From positions 1,838,884 through 1,902,883 of the forward strand of contig JBFWNU010000001.1 in NCBI GenBank assembly GCA_050250895.1: a stretch of 64,000 nt of DNA, given 5' to 3'. This document shows, piece after piece, positions 28,910-38,421 of the stretch (its first letter is position 1; every line of letters starts with the position of its first letter). The position numbers were made by a program, and so were the translations under genes. This DNA is from Vulcanimicrobiota bacterium. GTDB lineage: Bacteria > Vulcanimicrobiota > Xenobia > Xenobiales > JADMJV01. The notes below the pieces were generated by a model. That model had not been told where the DNA came from. It saw only the letters and a program-made list of their open reading frames with translations, and did not search any database.

Positions 28910-31018
28910 ATGCTGGTGAGACCACACCCTGGTTGTCAGACTCGATTGGCCATCGGACCCCGTTCGGCTCCGCCCAATGGCGAGCCGTGCGAGGTATTCG
29001 AGCCTGTCGATCTGACCGTTTCCAGTTTGCCCGAGCCAGCTCCCCAGCCCACGGGCTGGAAGCGCTCGGCTGCTTGCGTCGGCCTGGCTCTGCTCAGCGG
29101 AGTGTCGGCCCTGGCCGGCATCGGCTACTACGGCAACCGCGAGGCCCTGCGCGAGCCGATCTCGGTGTCTTTTACCCTCGATTCCGAGGTGGCCACCTTG
29201 GCCGCACCCGCGCCGGGCCCGGGGCAGCAGACTCGACCGCGCGGCAAGGTGGCCGTGTCGGTGCCGGCCCGGCAGACCACCGAATTCGCCCAGCAGTTGC
29301 GTCGCCAGCCCCACACCCGGGCTTTGTTGCGCCAGGCGCTCGAGCGGGTCAAAGCCTCGGTGGATGCCGAACTGCAGGGATTGTCGGTGCCACCCGATCG
29401 CACCTTGCTCGACCTGAAGGCGCCTCTGCCCACCTCGCCGCGAGCGTTCTTCCATCTGGGCGGCATCGACCTCCCCTCGCTTGGCTATGGGGCGCTCCAG
29501 GCCGAGTCGGTTCCGCTCACTCTCGATTATCAAGTGGCGCCCTTCACGCCGGCGCTGGAGGTCGACCTGCAGCTGCTGGATCAGGGGCCACCCCAGGCCG
29601 ATGTGGATGGGGTTTATCTGGGCTCGGTCAAAGTGGGGGTTCGCGTCAATCAGCCTTCGCACACCTTGACCGGACAGGCTCGCCTGGAACTTGACCTCGA
29701 GGGACGCGACTCGCAGGCGGCGGCCCAGGCACTGCGGGCTCAACCCGAGACTGAGCACAATCGGCGCCAGCTCGAAAAGCTGGGCCAGCGACTCGAGCGA
29801 GGCCGGCGGCTGGCGGATGGGCCGGCGGCAGGTTTGTTGCAGGATGCCTTTCACGACCAGCGGGTGGACTTTGCCGTCAGGCTCGACTCGGGTCAGGGCG
29901 AACTGGCTTCGTCGGTATATCACTTCTGGCTGGGTCCCGATACGTCCGGCGATGGCCGGGCGGATCTGGTCGTGCGCGAGCAGATGTCGGTCGAAGGGCT
30001 GGCTCGAATCCAACTGGAGCTAGACAAGCTCGAAGCGGTGGGTCAGGCTCCCGAGGGCTGGGTCGGCGGTCTTCTGCACGGTCAGGTCGAGGACGCCTTG
30101 CTGGCTGGCGTCCGCCAGTTGGTGCCGAGCGCCGCCGAACAGGTCAAGGGTCTGGCCGCCCAGGCGGTCGAGCGCGAGTTTCACCAGGCCAGTCAAGAGC
30201 TCGAAGACCGTCTCAATCCCGAGTTGGGCCAGCTCTACGGGCAGGGTCGCACTCTTCAGGTGCGAGTGGGCGATCAGACCATCAAGCTGCCGCTGGGAGC
30301 CATCCGCGCCGACCGTCAGGGGGTTGCGCTTGCCTTCGGCCGAGGAGCCAGTCAGGTTCGGGCCGGCCAGGGTGTCAGTCTGGCCGTGGGGGCCGAAGAG
30401 CTATCCCAGGCTTTGCGCGACAGTTCGCAGGGCGGCTCGGTCGACTGGCGTGGTCTGCTGGCCGAGGTGCGCGAGGCCAACGGGCTCAAGCGGCTGAACT
30501 TTGGCCAGCGCGACGGTCAGACGGTGTATCCTCGACTGGTCCATCGCCCGGGGGAGACCGTGCTCAAGTTCGATATCACCGCCGAATTCAAGCGGCTTTT
30601 GCCCATACCCGGTCTGCCGGTCCTCGACCCCGTGCTGGGCCTGGGCCGTTGGCTGCTGGGAGCCACCATCCACACCGGGGTCGAGATTCCCCTCGCTCTC
30701 GAGACCCAGGACGGGGTGTTGGGACTGCGCGCAGTCGACGACCAGGTGCGCTTTGTCCAGGCCGAGACGACGTTGCCTTTTAGTCCGATTCGCTTGTTGC
30801 CCACCCGCCTCGTGGGCGACGTCCTGGCCAACCTGCTGGTGCGAACCCAGGGTGGCACCGTCGGAGCCGGTCTGCGCGAAGCTCGACTACAGGTGGATTT
30901 GCGTGACTACGGCCTGCGTTTTGAAGAGGCTCGCTGGCATCCTTCGCAGGGGCTCGACCTCCAAGTGGGAGTCACTTCCGAGGCGGTTCGGCAGGTGGAC
31001 CGGCTGGTGGGTCAGTAA
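28910..31018 (+). CDS. Hypothetical protein with N-terminal TM segment
   Basis: 702 aa ORF; AACVGLALLSGVSALAGIG; no recognised domain. Confidence 0.6.
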   Translation: MLVRPHPGCQTRLAIGPRSAPPNGEPCEVFEPVDLTVSSLPEPAPQPTGWKRSAACVGLALLSGVSALAGIGYYGNREALREPISVSFTLDSEVATLAAPAPGPGQQTRPRGKVAVSVPARQTTEFAQQLRRQPHTRALLRQALERVKASVDAELQGLSVPPDRTLLDLKAPLPTSPRAFFHLGGIDLPSLGYGALQAESVPLTLDYQVAPFTPALEVDLQLLDQGPPQADVDGVYLGSVKVGVRVNQPSHTLTGQARLELDLEGRDSQAAAQALRAQPETEHNRRQLEKLGQRLERGRRLADGPAAGLLQDAFHDQRVDFAVRLDSGQGELASSVYHFWLGPDTSGDGRADLVVREQMSVEGLARIQLELDKLEAVGQAPEGWVGGLLHGQVEDALLAGVRQLVPSAAEQVKGLAAQAVEREFHQASQELEDRLNPELGQLYGQGRTLQVRVGDQTIKLPLGAIRADRQGVALAFGRGASQVRAGQGVSLAVGAEELSQALRDSSQGGSVDWRGLLAEVREANGLKRLNFGQRDGQTVYPRLVHRPGETVLKFDITAEFKRLLPIPGLPVLDPVLGLGRWLLGATIHTGVEIPLALETQDGVLGLRAVDDQVRFVQAETTLPFSPIRLLPTRLVGDVLANLLVRTQGGTVGAGLREARLQVDLRDYGLRFEEARWHPSQGLDLQVGVTSEAVRQVDRLVGQ

Positions 31019-31027
31019 CGCTCTTCC

Positions 31028-31753
31028 ATGGAAGTGGCCCAACCCTCGCGGCGCCTCGAGCCCGACCAGCTGTGGTCGCTGGTGGACCGTCACCATAACG
31101 CCTTTATCGCCGAGCGCCTGTCGGGGCCCCGAATCCTCGACCTGGGCTGCGGCTACGGCACTCTGGTCGAGTTTCTGAGTCGCCAGGGGCGCCAGGTGGT
31201 CGGCATCGACCTCGACGCTGAGAGTCTGGCCGTGGCCCGTCATCGGTATCCCGACCGTGAATTCGTCGAAGGCGACTTCGTAGGTCGCTATGACGAGCAG
31301 AGCTTTGACCATGTGGTGATGCGCGATGCCTGGCATCATCTCTATGAAGAATCCGAAAACCCGGCGGGCCTGCTGGAGGAAGTGGCCCGACTGCTGGCGC
31401 CCGGAGGCTCCCTGGTCATCTTCGACCCCAATCTCAACTGGATCTTGCGAACCGGTCGCAAACTCATTGGCCATCGTGACGCCGAATGCTCGCTCGAAGA
31501 CGCCGAGAGGTTTCTAGCCGACCACGGCTTTCGAGTGGTCGGGCGCAATTTCTACGAACTATTCGCCCTCGCCGTCAGCGGTGGCTATGTGGGCCCGCGG
31601 CTGGCCCCTCCCTGGCCGCTGCTCAATCGCCTGCTCGCCTGGCTCAACGATCGGCTTAGTCGCGGGCTTGACGGCACTCCGCTGGCGCCGGTTTTGCTGT
31701 GGCGTTACTGCCTGGTAGCCTTGCCAGGAGGTCCCTCCAGGGTCTCGAACTGA
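31028..31753 (+). CDS. Class I SAM-dependent methyltransferase
   Basis: ILDLGCGYG, VGIDLD, RLLAPGG. Confidence 0.88.
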   Translation: MEVAQPSRRLEPDQLWSLVDRHHNAFIAERLSGPRILDLGCGYGTLVEFLSRQGRQVVGIDLDAESLAVARHRYPDREFVEGDFVGRYDEQSFDHVVMRDAWHHLYEESENPAGLLEEVARLLAPGGSLVIFDPNLNWILRTGRKLIGHRDAECSLEDAERFLADHGFRVVGRNFYELFALAVSGGYVGPRLAPPWPLLNRLLAWLNDRLSRGLDGTPLAPVLLWRYCLVALPGGPSRVSN

Positions 31754-31776
31754 CCGAAACCAGGAGGAGCAGCCCA

Positions 31777-32742
31777 ATCAAGATTCTCATCACCGGGGTG
31801 GCCGGTTTTATCGGTTCCAATCTAGCCGCCACCTTGCTCGCCAGGGGCCACGAGGTGGTGGGCATCGACAATCTCAGTCAGGGCTGTCTTCGCAACCTGG
31901 AGGCCTTTCGTGACTCGCCGGACTTCGAGTTTCTCCACGGCGACCTCAACAATCCGCTCATTCTTAATGGCCCCAGGGTCGACGTGGTGGTCCATCTCGC
32001 GTCCCAGAAGATCCCGCGCTATTCGAGCGCTCAGGCCTGTCTTGACGAGAATTCGCGGGTGCTCAAGTACGTGCTCGAGAAGTGTCTGCGCGACCGAATC
32101 CGATTGGTCTATACCTCCACCTCGGATGTCTATGGCAAGAACCCCAAAGTGCCTTTCGACGAAGAGTCGGATCTGGTCCTGGGGCCGACCCGAGTCAAAC
32201 GGTGGGCCTATGCGCTCTCGAAAATCTACGGCGAGCACACTATTTTGGCCCACCATGAGGAGTACGGTCTCGAGTTTACTATCGGACGCCCCTTTGGTTC
32301 CTATGGCCCTAACCAGCACCTGACCTGGTGGGGGGGGCCGCAGGCGGTGTTCATCGGGTTGGCTCTCAAAGGCGAACCGCTGCCCATTCACGGCGACGGC
32401 CAGCAGACGCGAACTTTCTCCTACGTGACCGATACGGTCGACATCCTGACCGCTTTCATCGAAAAAGACGAGGCCCGCAACGAGATCTTCAATGTGGGAG
32501 CGATCGTCGAGGAAGAGACGACCATTCTCGACCTGGGCAAACGCATCTGGCGCTTGATTCACGGGATCGACAGCGAGCCCCGCCTCGAACTCATTCCCTA
32601 CGAATCGTTCGGACGTTATGAAGACGTGCGGCGACGCGTGCCCTGCAACCAGAAGCTCGAGCGTCTGCTGGGCATCACGCCACGGGTGGGCCTCGACGAA
32701 GGCCTGGCCAGGACCATCGCCTGGCAGCGGGGGCTGGTATGA
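31777..32742 (+). CDS. NAD-dependent epimerase/dehydratase (UDP-glucuronate decarboxylase-like); apparent ATC start
   Basis: ITGVAGFIGS, TSTSDVYG, YALSK, YGP, GDGQQTRTF; AGGAGG 9 nt before ATC-AAG-ATT. Confidence 0.88.
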   Translation: MKILITGVAGFIGSNLAATLLARGHEVVGIDNLSQGCLRNLEAFRDSPDFEFLHGDLNNPLILNGPRVDVVVHLASQKIPRYSSAQACLDENSRVLKYVLEKCLRDRIRLVYTSTSDVYGKNPKVPFDEESDLVLGPTRVKRWAYALSKIYGEHTILAHHEEYGLEFTIGRPFGSYGPNQHLTWWGGPQAVFIGLALKGEPLPIHGDGQQTRTFSYVTDTVDILTAFIEKDEARNEIFNVGAIVEEETTILDLGKRIWRLIHGIDSEPRLELIPYESFGRYEDVRRRVPCNQKLERLLGITPRVGLDEGLARTIAWQRGLV

Positions 32743-33470
32743 TCTACTTTCTGGTGCCGGTGTTCAACGAATCGCCCAACATCGAGGGACTGGCCGCCTC
32801 GCTCAAGGCCATCGTCCCTGACCAGCCGAAGTTCTTCGTGCTGGTCGACGATTGCTCGAGCGATGATACCATCGCCCAAATCCATCGGCATTTCGGCGAC
32901 AGCGACTATCAAGTGCTCGACAAGGCCGCCAATCGAGGGCCCGGGCACTCGTTTAACCTGGGCTTCGGCTGGATTCTTCGCCACGGTTCGCCGGGCGACC
33001 GCGTCGTCACCCTCGAAGGCGACAACACCTCGGATGTCTCGAGCTTGAGCGAGATGCTGGCCATTTCGGGGCTGGGCTACGATCTGGTGCTGGCCTCGGT
33101 TTACGCTCAGGGCGGCTCGCTGGGCAGCACCACCGTCTGGCGCAAGACGATCTCGTTTGTGGCTAACGCGCTACTGCGCTCGGTTTTCGACATTCGCGTT
33201 GCGACCCTTACTTCGTTCTACCGAGTCTATGGCTACGAATTGCTCACCCGCATCCAGGCCGCTTACCCCGAAATCATCGAAGAGCCCGGCTACATCTCGA
33301 TGACCGAGGTGCTCATCAAAGCGATCCGGGTGGGGGCTCGCATCATCGAGGTGCCCACCCGCATTCTGTCCGAGAAACGAGCCGGCCAATCCAAAATGAA
33401 GATCGTGAGCACGGCCCTGTCCTATCTGCGTTTTCTGCAGCGCGACCTGCGCCCGCGAGGCCAGGGATGA
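32739..33470 (+). CDS. GT2 polyprenol-phosphate glycosyltransferase (DPM1/ArnC-like)
   Basis: VPVFNE, VDDCSSDDT, NRGPG, EGD, R..GQSK. Confidence 0.85.
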   Translation: MIYFLVPVFNESPNIEGLAASLKAIVPDQPKFFVLVDDCSSDDTIAQIHRHFGDSDYQVLDKAANRGPGHSFNLGFGWILRHGSPGDRVVTLEGDNTSDVSSLSEMLAISGLGYDLVLASVYAQGGSLGSTTVWRKTISFVANALLRSVFDIRVATLTSFYRVYGYELLTRIQAAYPEIIEEPGYISMTEVLIKAIRVGARIIEVPTRILSEKRAGQSKMKIVSTALSYLRFLQRDLRPRGQG

Positions 33471-34963
33471 ATCGCGAGCGGGCCGCCCTGTTGGTGGTGC
33501 TGGCCGTCACCCTGCTGCTGAGAATCGGTCACCTGGCTGGGCCCACCCTGCGCGACGAGGGCGTCCACGGCTATATGGCGCAGGAGATTTTGCGCGGCCA
33601 TTTGCCTTTCGAGACGGTCTTCGATAACAAGGGGGTCCTGCTCTATGGCGAGCAGGCGGCTGCCCTGGCCGTCTTCGGTATGCACTCGATCGCGGGCATT
33701 CGCTTACTGGGCATCGCCTTCGTGCTGGGTTCGATGGTGGCGCTCTACCTCTTGCTGCGCGATCAATACGGTCACGCCGAAGGGGTGATGGCGGTCGCCC
33801 TTTTCGGTTTCTATTCCAGCCTGATGCAGATGCAAGGCCACTACTACGGCTCTGAAGTCTTCACCTTGCTGCCCACCAACCTGGCCGCCCTGTGCGCCTG
33901 GCGGGGGCTGGTCAAAGAGGACCGGCGACTTTTCTTTCTGAGCGGCCTCTTCATGGGGCTAGGCATCTGGACTCGGCTCACGGTCGCGCCTTTTGTCGGC
34001 TCTTTCGGCCTCTTTCTCTTGCTCTATTACCACCGGTCTCGCCTGGCCGGACCGTGGTGGATGGGTGTCGGGCTGGCTGTTTCATGCGTGCCCTTTATCG
34101 GGCTCTATCTGGTGGCCGGGCGAATGGATCTGCTGGCCCAATCGTATTTTCTCTTTAGCGGCGCGCAACTGGTGACCGCCGATGTGCCAGGCACGCCACT
34201 CGAGCAACTGGGGCGCATCCTGGCTGTGGCCCTGCCCAACATGCTCATCCTGATGGTTTTTTTGGCCGGCTTGCCGTTCTCGCCCTGGTGGCGCGATCGT
34301 CGCACCACCTTTCTGGCTCTATGGTTGGGCGGCGGGTTGCTCTGCTTTTTGCTGACGGGCCAGTATCTCAGCAAGCAGCTGCACCAGGCCTTGCCCCCGC
34401 TCTGCGGTTGGGCAGCGGTGGTGCTGGTGGACTGGATCGGTCAGGCCAACTGGCGGCGGACGGTGGCCTGGCTGCTGCTGGCGGTCTCGGCCCTGGGGGC
34501 GGCCGGCCTGAATTTCCCTCGCTATTATCGGTTGACGGTCGACGACCCCTCGGCCAGCGAGCCGATCATGGTGGTAGGCGAGCGAGTGGCCGACTGGGTC
34601 CGGGAGCATAGCCAGCCCGGGGACGGCCTGTTCGTGTGGGGAGTCGAGTGGCAAGTCTATTTTCGGGCCGAGCGGCGCTCGCCGTCGCGCCACATCAACC
34701 TGCTGGCCGTGATCCTGATCGCCATCGCGGCCCAGCGAGGGGCCCCGGTGGGTGACGTTCTGGCTCAGGTGCAAAACGAGATGTCGACTCAGCTCAAGGC
34801 CCACCCGCCTCGCTACATCCTGGTCACTTCCTCGGTCAAGAACTACGGTATCGAGGCCTATTATCTGCCGGCCGAATTCGACGCCATGCTGCAACGGGAC
34901 TATCACTTGCTGTTCAAAGACGACCCTTACTGGGTCTTCGAGCGCAACAACTCCTCGAGATAG
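33467..34963 (+). CDS. GT-C fold membrane glycosyltransferase (ArnT/PMT-like)
   Basis: RDEG motif after TM1, FDNK, many TM helices. Confidence 0.75.
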   Translation: MNRERAALLVVLAVTLLLRIGHLAGPTLRDEGVHGYMAQEILRGHLPFETVFDNKGVLLYGEQAAALAVFGMHSIAGIRLLGIAFVLGSMVALYLLLRDQYGHAEGVMAVALFGFYSSLMQMQGHYYGSEVFTLLPTNLAALCAWRGLVKEDRRLFFLSGLFMGLGIWTRLTVAPFVGSFGLFLLLYYHRSRLAGPWWMGVGLAVSCVPFIGLYLVAGRMDLLAQSYFLFSGAQLVTADVPGTPLEQLGRILAVALPNMLILMVFLAGLPFSPWWRDRRTTFLALWLGGGLLCFLLTGQYLSKQLHQALPPLCGWAAVVLVDWIGQANWRRTVAWLLLAVSALGAAGLNFPRYYRLTVDDPSASEPIMVVGERVADWVREHSQPGDGLFVWGVEWQVYFRAERRSPSRHINLLAVILIAIAAQRGAPVGDVLAQVQNEMSTQLKAHPPRYILVTSSVKNYGIEAYYLPAEFDAMLQRDYHLLFKDDPYWVFERNNSSR

Positions 34964-36162
34964 TCGGCAAACCCGCCGTAGACGGCCTGATCGTTGTACT
35001 GTTCTTCAAAGGCCCGGCGGGCCCGCCCGGCATAGGCCTGGCGCAACTCGGGCTGGTCGGTCAGGCGCGACACCAACCGGGCCAGGGCCTGGTGGTCGCC
35101 GGCCGGATAGTAGAATCCCAACTGCTGCTGTTCGAGTAGATGCTCGAGTTCGCCCACGCACGACGACAGGATGGGCAAACCGGCGGCCATGTATTCAAAG
35201 GGCTTGTTGGGCATGGCGTCAGGATGGCCGTCGCCCCAGGGAAGTAGCCCAACCTGGCAACGCCGCAGCACCGAGACCAGGGTGTCACGCTCGAGCCAAC
35301 CGGGCAGACTGACGTTGGGCAGCCCCTCGGCTTTCTTGAGGCACAATTCGCGCTGTTCCCCCAGCCCGGCCAGCAAGAAGTGGACCCGGCGCTCGCCGGC
35401 CTGCCAGAGTTGGCGGGCCACCTCGATCACGAAGGGCACGTCGTAAGAGCCGCCGATGGTGCCGGCAAAAGCGAAGATGGTTTTGTCGTCGAGACTGGCC
35501 AGCACCTCGGGAGCCTGGCCCGGGCTGGCCGGGTCGTGATGGCGATAACCGTGAACGAAGACGCGGTCGAATCTACCCGCCGGTCGCCCGGCGTAATCCA
35601 GGCCCCAGTCGAGCAAGCCCTTCGAGATCGCCGTAAGACCGCTGGCCGGACGCAGGATCGAGCGGGCCTGTTGGCGCCACGGCCAGATGAGCAGCTCGAC
35701 CAACGGATGGGCCCAGAGGGGAACCCGCCGTAAAAAGATATCTGGCCAGATGTCGCGGATGTCGATGACCACCGGCAATCGATGGCGACGACCCAGTTCG
35801 ATACTGGCCAACCCCAGGGCCGGGATGGGGTGGCAGCACAAGATCATCTCGGGCGGCGGTTGCTGGCGGGCCACCTGACGAAAGCGTCGAGCCAGGCGCA
35901 GGTGATGGAGGACTCGACCCAGCGAAATGTTGCGCTGGTAGCCGCCCGCATGCAGTAGCCGCAGCTCGAAGCCCGGTTCGATCGCATAGGCGCCGTCCTG
36001 GTCGCTGACACACAGCTTCTTCTGGTGCGAGTGGGTGCTCGACCACCAGGTGACCTGGTGGCCGCGCCGGGCTAGCTCGGCCGCCAGCAACCAGATCCGC
36101 TGCGGCCGAGCCCCTTCGAGAACGGGCAACTGCTCGCCATCTTTGACCAGCCAGATGCGCAC
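34927..36162 (-). CDS. GT4 family glycosyltransferase
   Basis: DIRDIWPD, PNKPFEYMAAGLPI. Confidence 0.88.
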   Translation of the reverse strand: MRIWLVKDGEQLPVLEGARPQRIWLLAAELARRGHQVTWWSSTHSHQKKLCVSDQDGAYAIEPGFELRLLHAGGYQRNISLGRVLHHLRLARRFRQVARQQPPPEMILCCHPIPALGLASIELGRRHRLPVVIDIRDIWPDIFLRRVPLWAHPLVELLIWPWRQQARSILRPASGLTAISKGLLDWGLDYAGRPAGRFDRVFVHGYRHHDPASPGQAPEVLASLDDKTIFAFAGTIGGSYDVPFVIEVARQLWQAGERRVHFLLAGLGEQRELCLKKAEGLPNVSLPGWLERDTLVSVLRRCQVGLLPWGDGHPDAMPNKPFEYMAAGLPILSSCVGELEHLLEQQQLGFYYPAGDHQALARLVSRLTDQPELRQAYAGRARRAFEEQYNDQAVYGGFADYLEELLRSKTQ

Positions 36163-36180
36163 TGGCTGGGTGTTCGATGT

Positions 36181-38334
36181 CTAGGCTGGGTCACCTACGA
36201 CCTGAAGGTTGTCGAGGTAGATGCCGTCCTGGTTGCTCGAGCTGTCGGATTTGAGGCGGAAGCGAATTCTCACGCTGTCGCCGTCATAACCCGAAAGGTC
36301 GAGGACATGCTGTTTCCAGTCGGAGTTGCCGGTGAACACGGCCTGATCGTTCCACCACGAATACCAGTGGCCGTTGTGGGCCTCCACGATGACCTGGTCC
36401 TGGCCGTCTTCGAGCGAGTACTTGGCGTCGAAAACCAGGGCCGGGTTCTTGATGCCCTTGAGCGAGAAGGTCTTGGTCACCAGCGAGTTGTTGGTGTTGG
36501 GGTCGTAGTTGCCGTCGGGACTGTCGGTCCAGACCTGACCACGACCTTCGACCTCGACCTGAGCCCAGGTGCCCTGGGGGTCGAAGCTGGCCGCGCCGCC
36601 ATCCTGGAAGGCGACCTGGCCGGCCGGCATGTTGACCTGAGTGACGGCCACCGGCGAGAAGTTCGAGGCGTTGTCGTAGGCGCGCACCGCGAAGTGCAGG
36701 GTGCGGTCCTGACCCGAGGGGGCTACGGTGACCTGAACCTCCTGAGGAGCTCCGGCTTCGGCCACGGGCGGGCTCTCGACCGGGGTGGCCGTCGAGAAGT
36801 CCTCGTCATTGGTGATCGGCTCGCTCGAGTAGCGAATCTCGTAGCCCCGGGCTTTGCCTTCCATGCCGTCGTCGCCGGGGGCGGTCCAGCCGAGCTTGAC
36901 CTTGCGGCTGCCGTCGGCGGTGGCGGTCAGGCCGGCGGGTGTGGATGGGGCGGTGGTGTCGTTCTCGACCGCGTTGGCGGCGTTGATTCGACCACCGGTC
37001 AGCACTTTGCCCTGCAGGTTGTCCTGGGGAACCACGCTGTCGAGCAGGCGAGCCTTGATTTCTTCGTTGCTGGCGTCGGGATAGGCGGTGGCGATCAGTC
37101 CGGCCACGCCGGCCACGTGGGGGCAGGCCATCGAAGTGCCGTCAAAGCTGGCGTAGCTGCCGTTCTTGATGGTCGAGTAGATGCCCACGCCCGGCGCGGC
37201 CACGTCGACGCTGGTGGCGCCATAGTTCGAGAAGCTGGCCAGGCGGCCGTTCTTGTCGATAGCGGCCACCGACACGATGTTGGGCAGGTCATACGAGGCC
37301 GGATAGCCGGGACGGCTGTCGTTGTTGTTGGATTCGTTGCCGGCCGCGAAGATGTGCAGGCAAGGCGAGGCCTTCAGGGTGTCATAGAGGGCCTGGTTGT
37401 AGCCGCCACCGCCCCACGAGTTGGAGGTGATGCGGGCGCCGTTGTTAGCAGCGTAGAGGGTGGCTTTGATGGCGTCGGCCGTGGTGCCGCTGCCGCTGGC
37501 CGAGAGAAACTTGGCGCCCATGATGCGGGCCTCCCACTGGACTCCGACTACACCCACACCGTTGTTGCCTTCGGCCCCGATGGTGCCGGCACAGTGGGTT
37601 CCGTGGGCGTGGTCGTCGAGGGGGTCGCCGCTGTCGCGGATGGCGTTGATGCCGTGGACATCATCGACCACGCCGTTGCCGTCGTTGTCGATGCCATCCC
37701 CGGCGATTTCTCCGGGGTTGGTCCACATATTGTGGCGAAGATCAGGGTGGTTGTAGTCGACACCCGTGTCGATGACGGCGATAACCGGGCCGTGGGTGCG
37801 GTCGCCCTTGACGGTGGCCCAGGCTTCGGGGGCGTCGATATCGATACCGTTGGGGTTGTTCAGACCCCACAGCTTGGGGTTGAGGTCGTCGGGAAGGACC
37901 GGCTCGGCCGACCCGTAGGCCTGCAGAACGTCGTTCGAGCAGGCATAGGCGATGCGGGGGTCCTTTTCCATGGCGGCGATGGCCTGGGCGGTGCTCATAT
38001 CGGCCGGAAGTTTGAGCTGCAGCAGGTCACCGCCGAAGCTCTGATAGAGGTTCTTGGGGATGTCGAACTTGTGCTTCACCTCGGCGCCGTATTCGCCGGC
38101 CAGGTTCTGCATGGCCGCAAAGGCCATTCCCGGCTTGACTTTGATCAGCACTTCGCCTTCCACATGCTCGGGCAATTTGGTGGCCAGATCGGCCGCTTCG
38201 GCAGCGGTCTTTTCGAGCATCGCTCCGAGCTGCACCCGGTCCTGGGGGTCCTGGGCTGCTTCGGTCCTGGGCGCGGCGGCGGCCTGACGGGCCACCGGGG
38301 CAAAATTCTGGATATGAGCTACATCGCGAATCAT
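36181..38334 (-). CDS. S8 subtilisin-like serine protease with prodomain, FN3-like and C-terminal beta domains
   Basis: AVIDTG, HGTHCAG, GTSMACP triad; WTAPGDDG FN3-like; GAGGAGG SD; no Sec signal. Confidence 0.93.
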   Translation of the reverse strand: MIRDVAHIQNFAPVARQAAAAPRTEAAQDPQDRVQLGAMLEKTAAEAADLATKLPEHVEGEVLIKVKPGMAFAAMQNLAGEYGAEVKHKFDIPKNLYQSFGGDLLQLKLPADMSTAQAIAAMEKDPRIAYACSNDVLQAYGSAEPVLPDDLNPKLWGLNNPNGIDIDAPEAWATVKGDRTHGPVIAVIDTGVDYNHPDLRHNMWTNPGEIAGDGIDNDGNGVVDDVHGINAIRDSGDPLDDHAHGTHCAGTIGAEGNNGVGVVGVQWEARIMGAKFLSASGSGTTADAIKATLYAANNGARITSNSWGGGGYNQALYDTLKASPCLHIFAAGNESNNNDSRPGYPASYDLPNIVSVAAIDKNGRLASFSNYGATSVDVAAPGVGIYSTIKNGSYASFDGTSMACPHVAGVAGLIATAYPDASNEEIKARLLDSVVPQDNLQGKVLTGGRINAANAVENDTTAPSTPAGLTATADGSRKVKLGWTAPGDDGMEGKARGYEIRYSSEPITNDEDFSTATPVESPPVAEAGAPQEVQVTVAPSGQDRTLHFAVRAYDNASNFSPVAVTQVNMPAGQVAFQDGGAASFDPQGTWAQVEVEGRGQVWTDSPDGNYDPNTNNSLVTKTFSLKGIKNPALVFDAKYSLEDGQDQVIVEAHNGHWYSWWNDQAVFTGNSDWKQHVLDLSGYDGDSVRIRFRLKSDSSSNQDGIYLDNLQVVGDPA

Positions 38335-38421
38335 TTGAGTCCTCCTCGCCCTATGGGGCGTGCCGCCATGGTATTGAGTGGAGAGGGCAGAACAATGAAC
38401 GTCGTATGAATTTTCGGTCAG

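Noticed and set aside
36307-38409. 700-aa plus-strand ORF
   Set aside because: Antisense shadow of the S8 protease. The long ORFs opposite gltX/moxR, rel and the M4 protease were rejected for the same reason.
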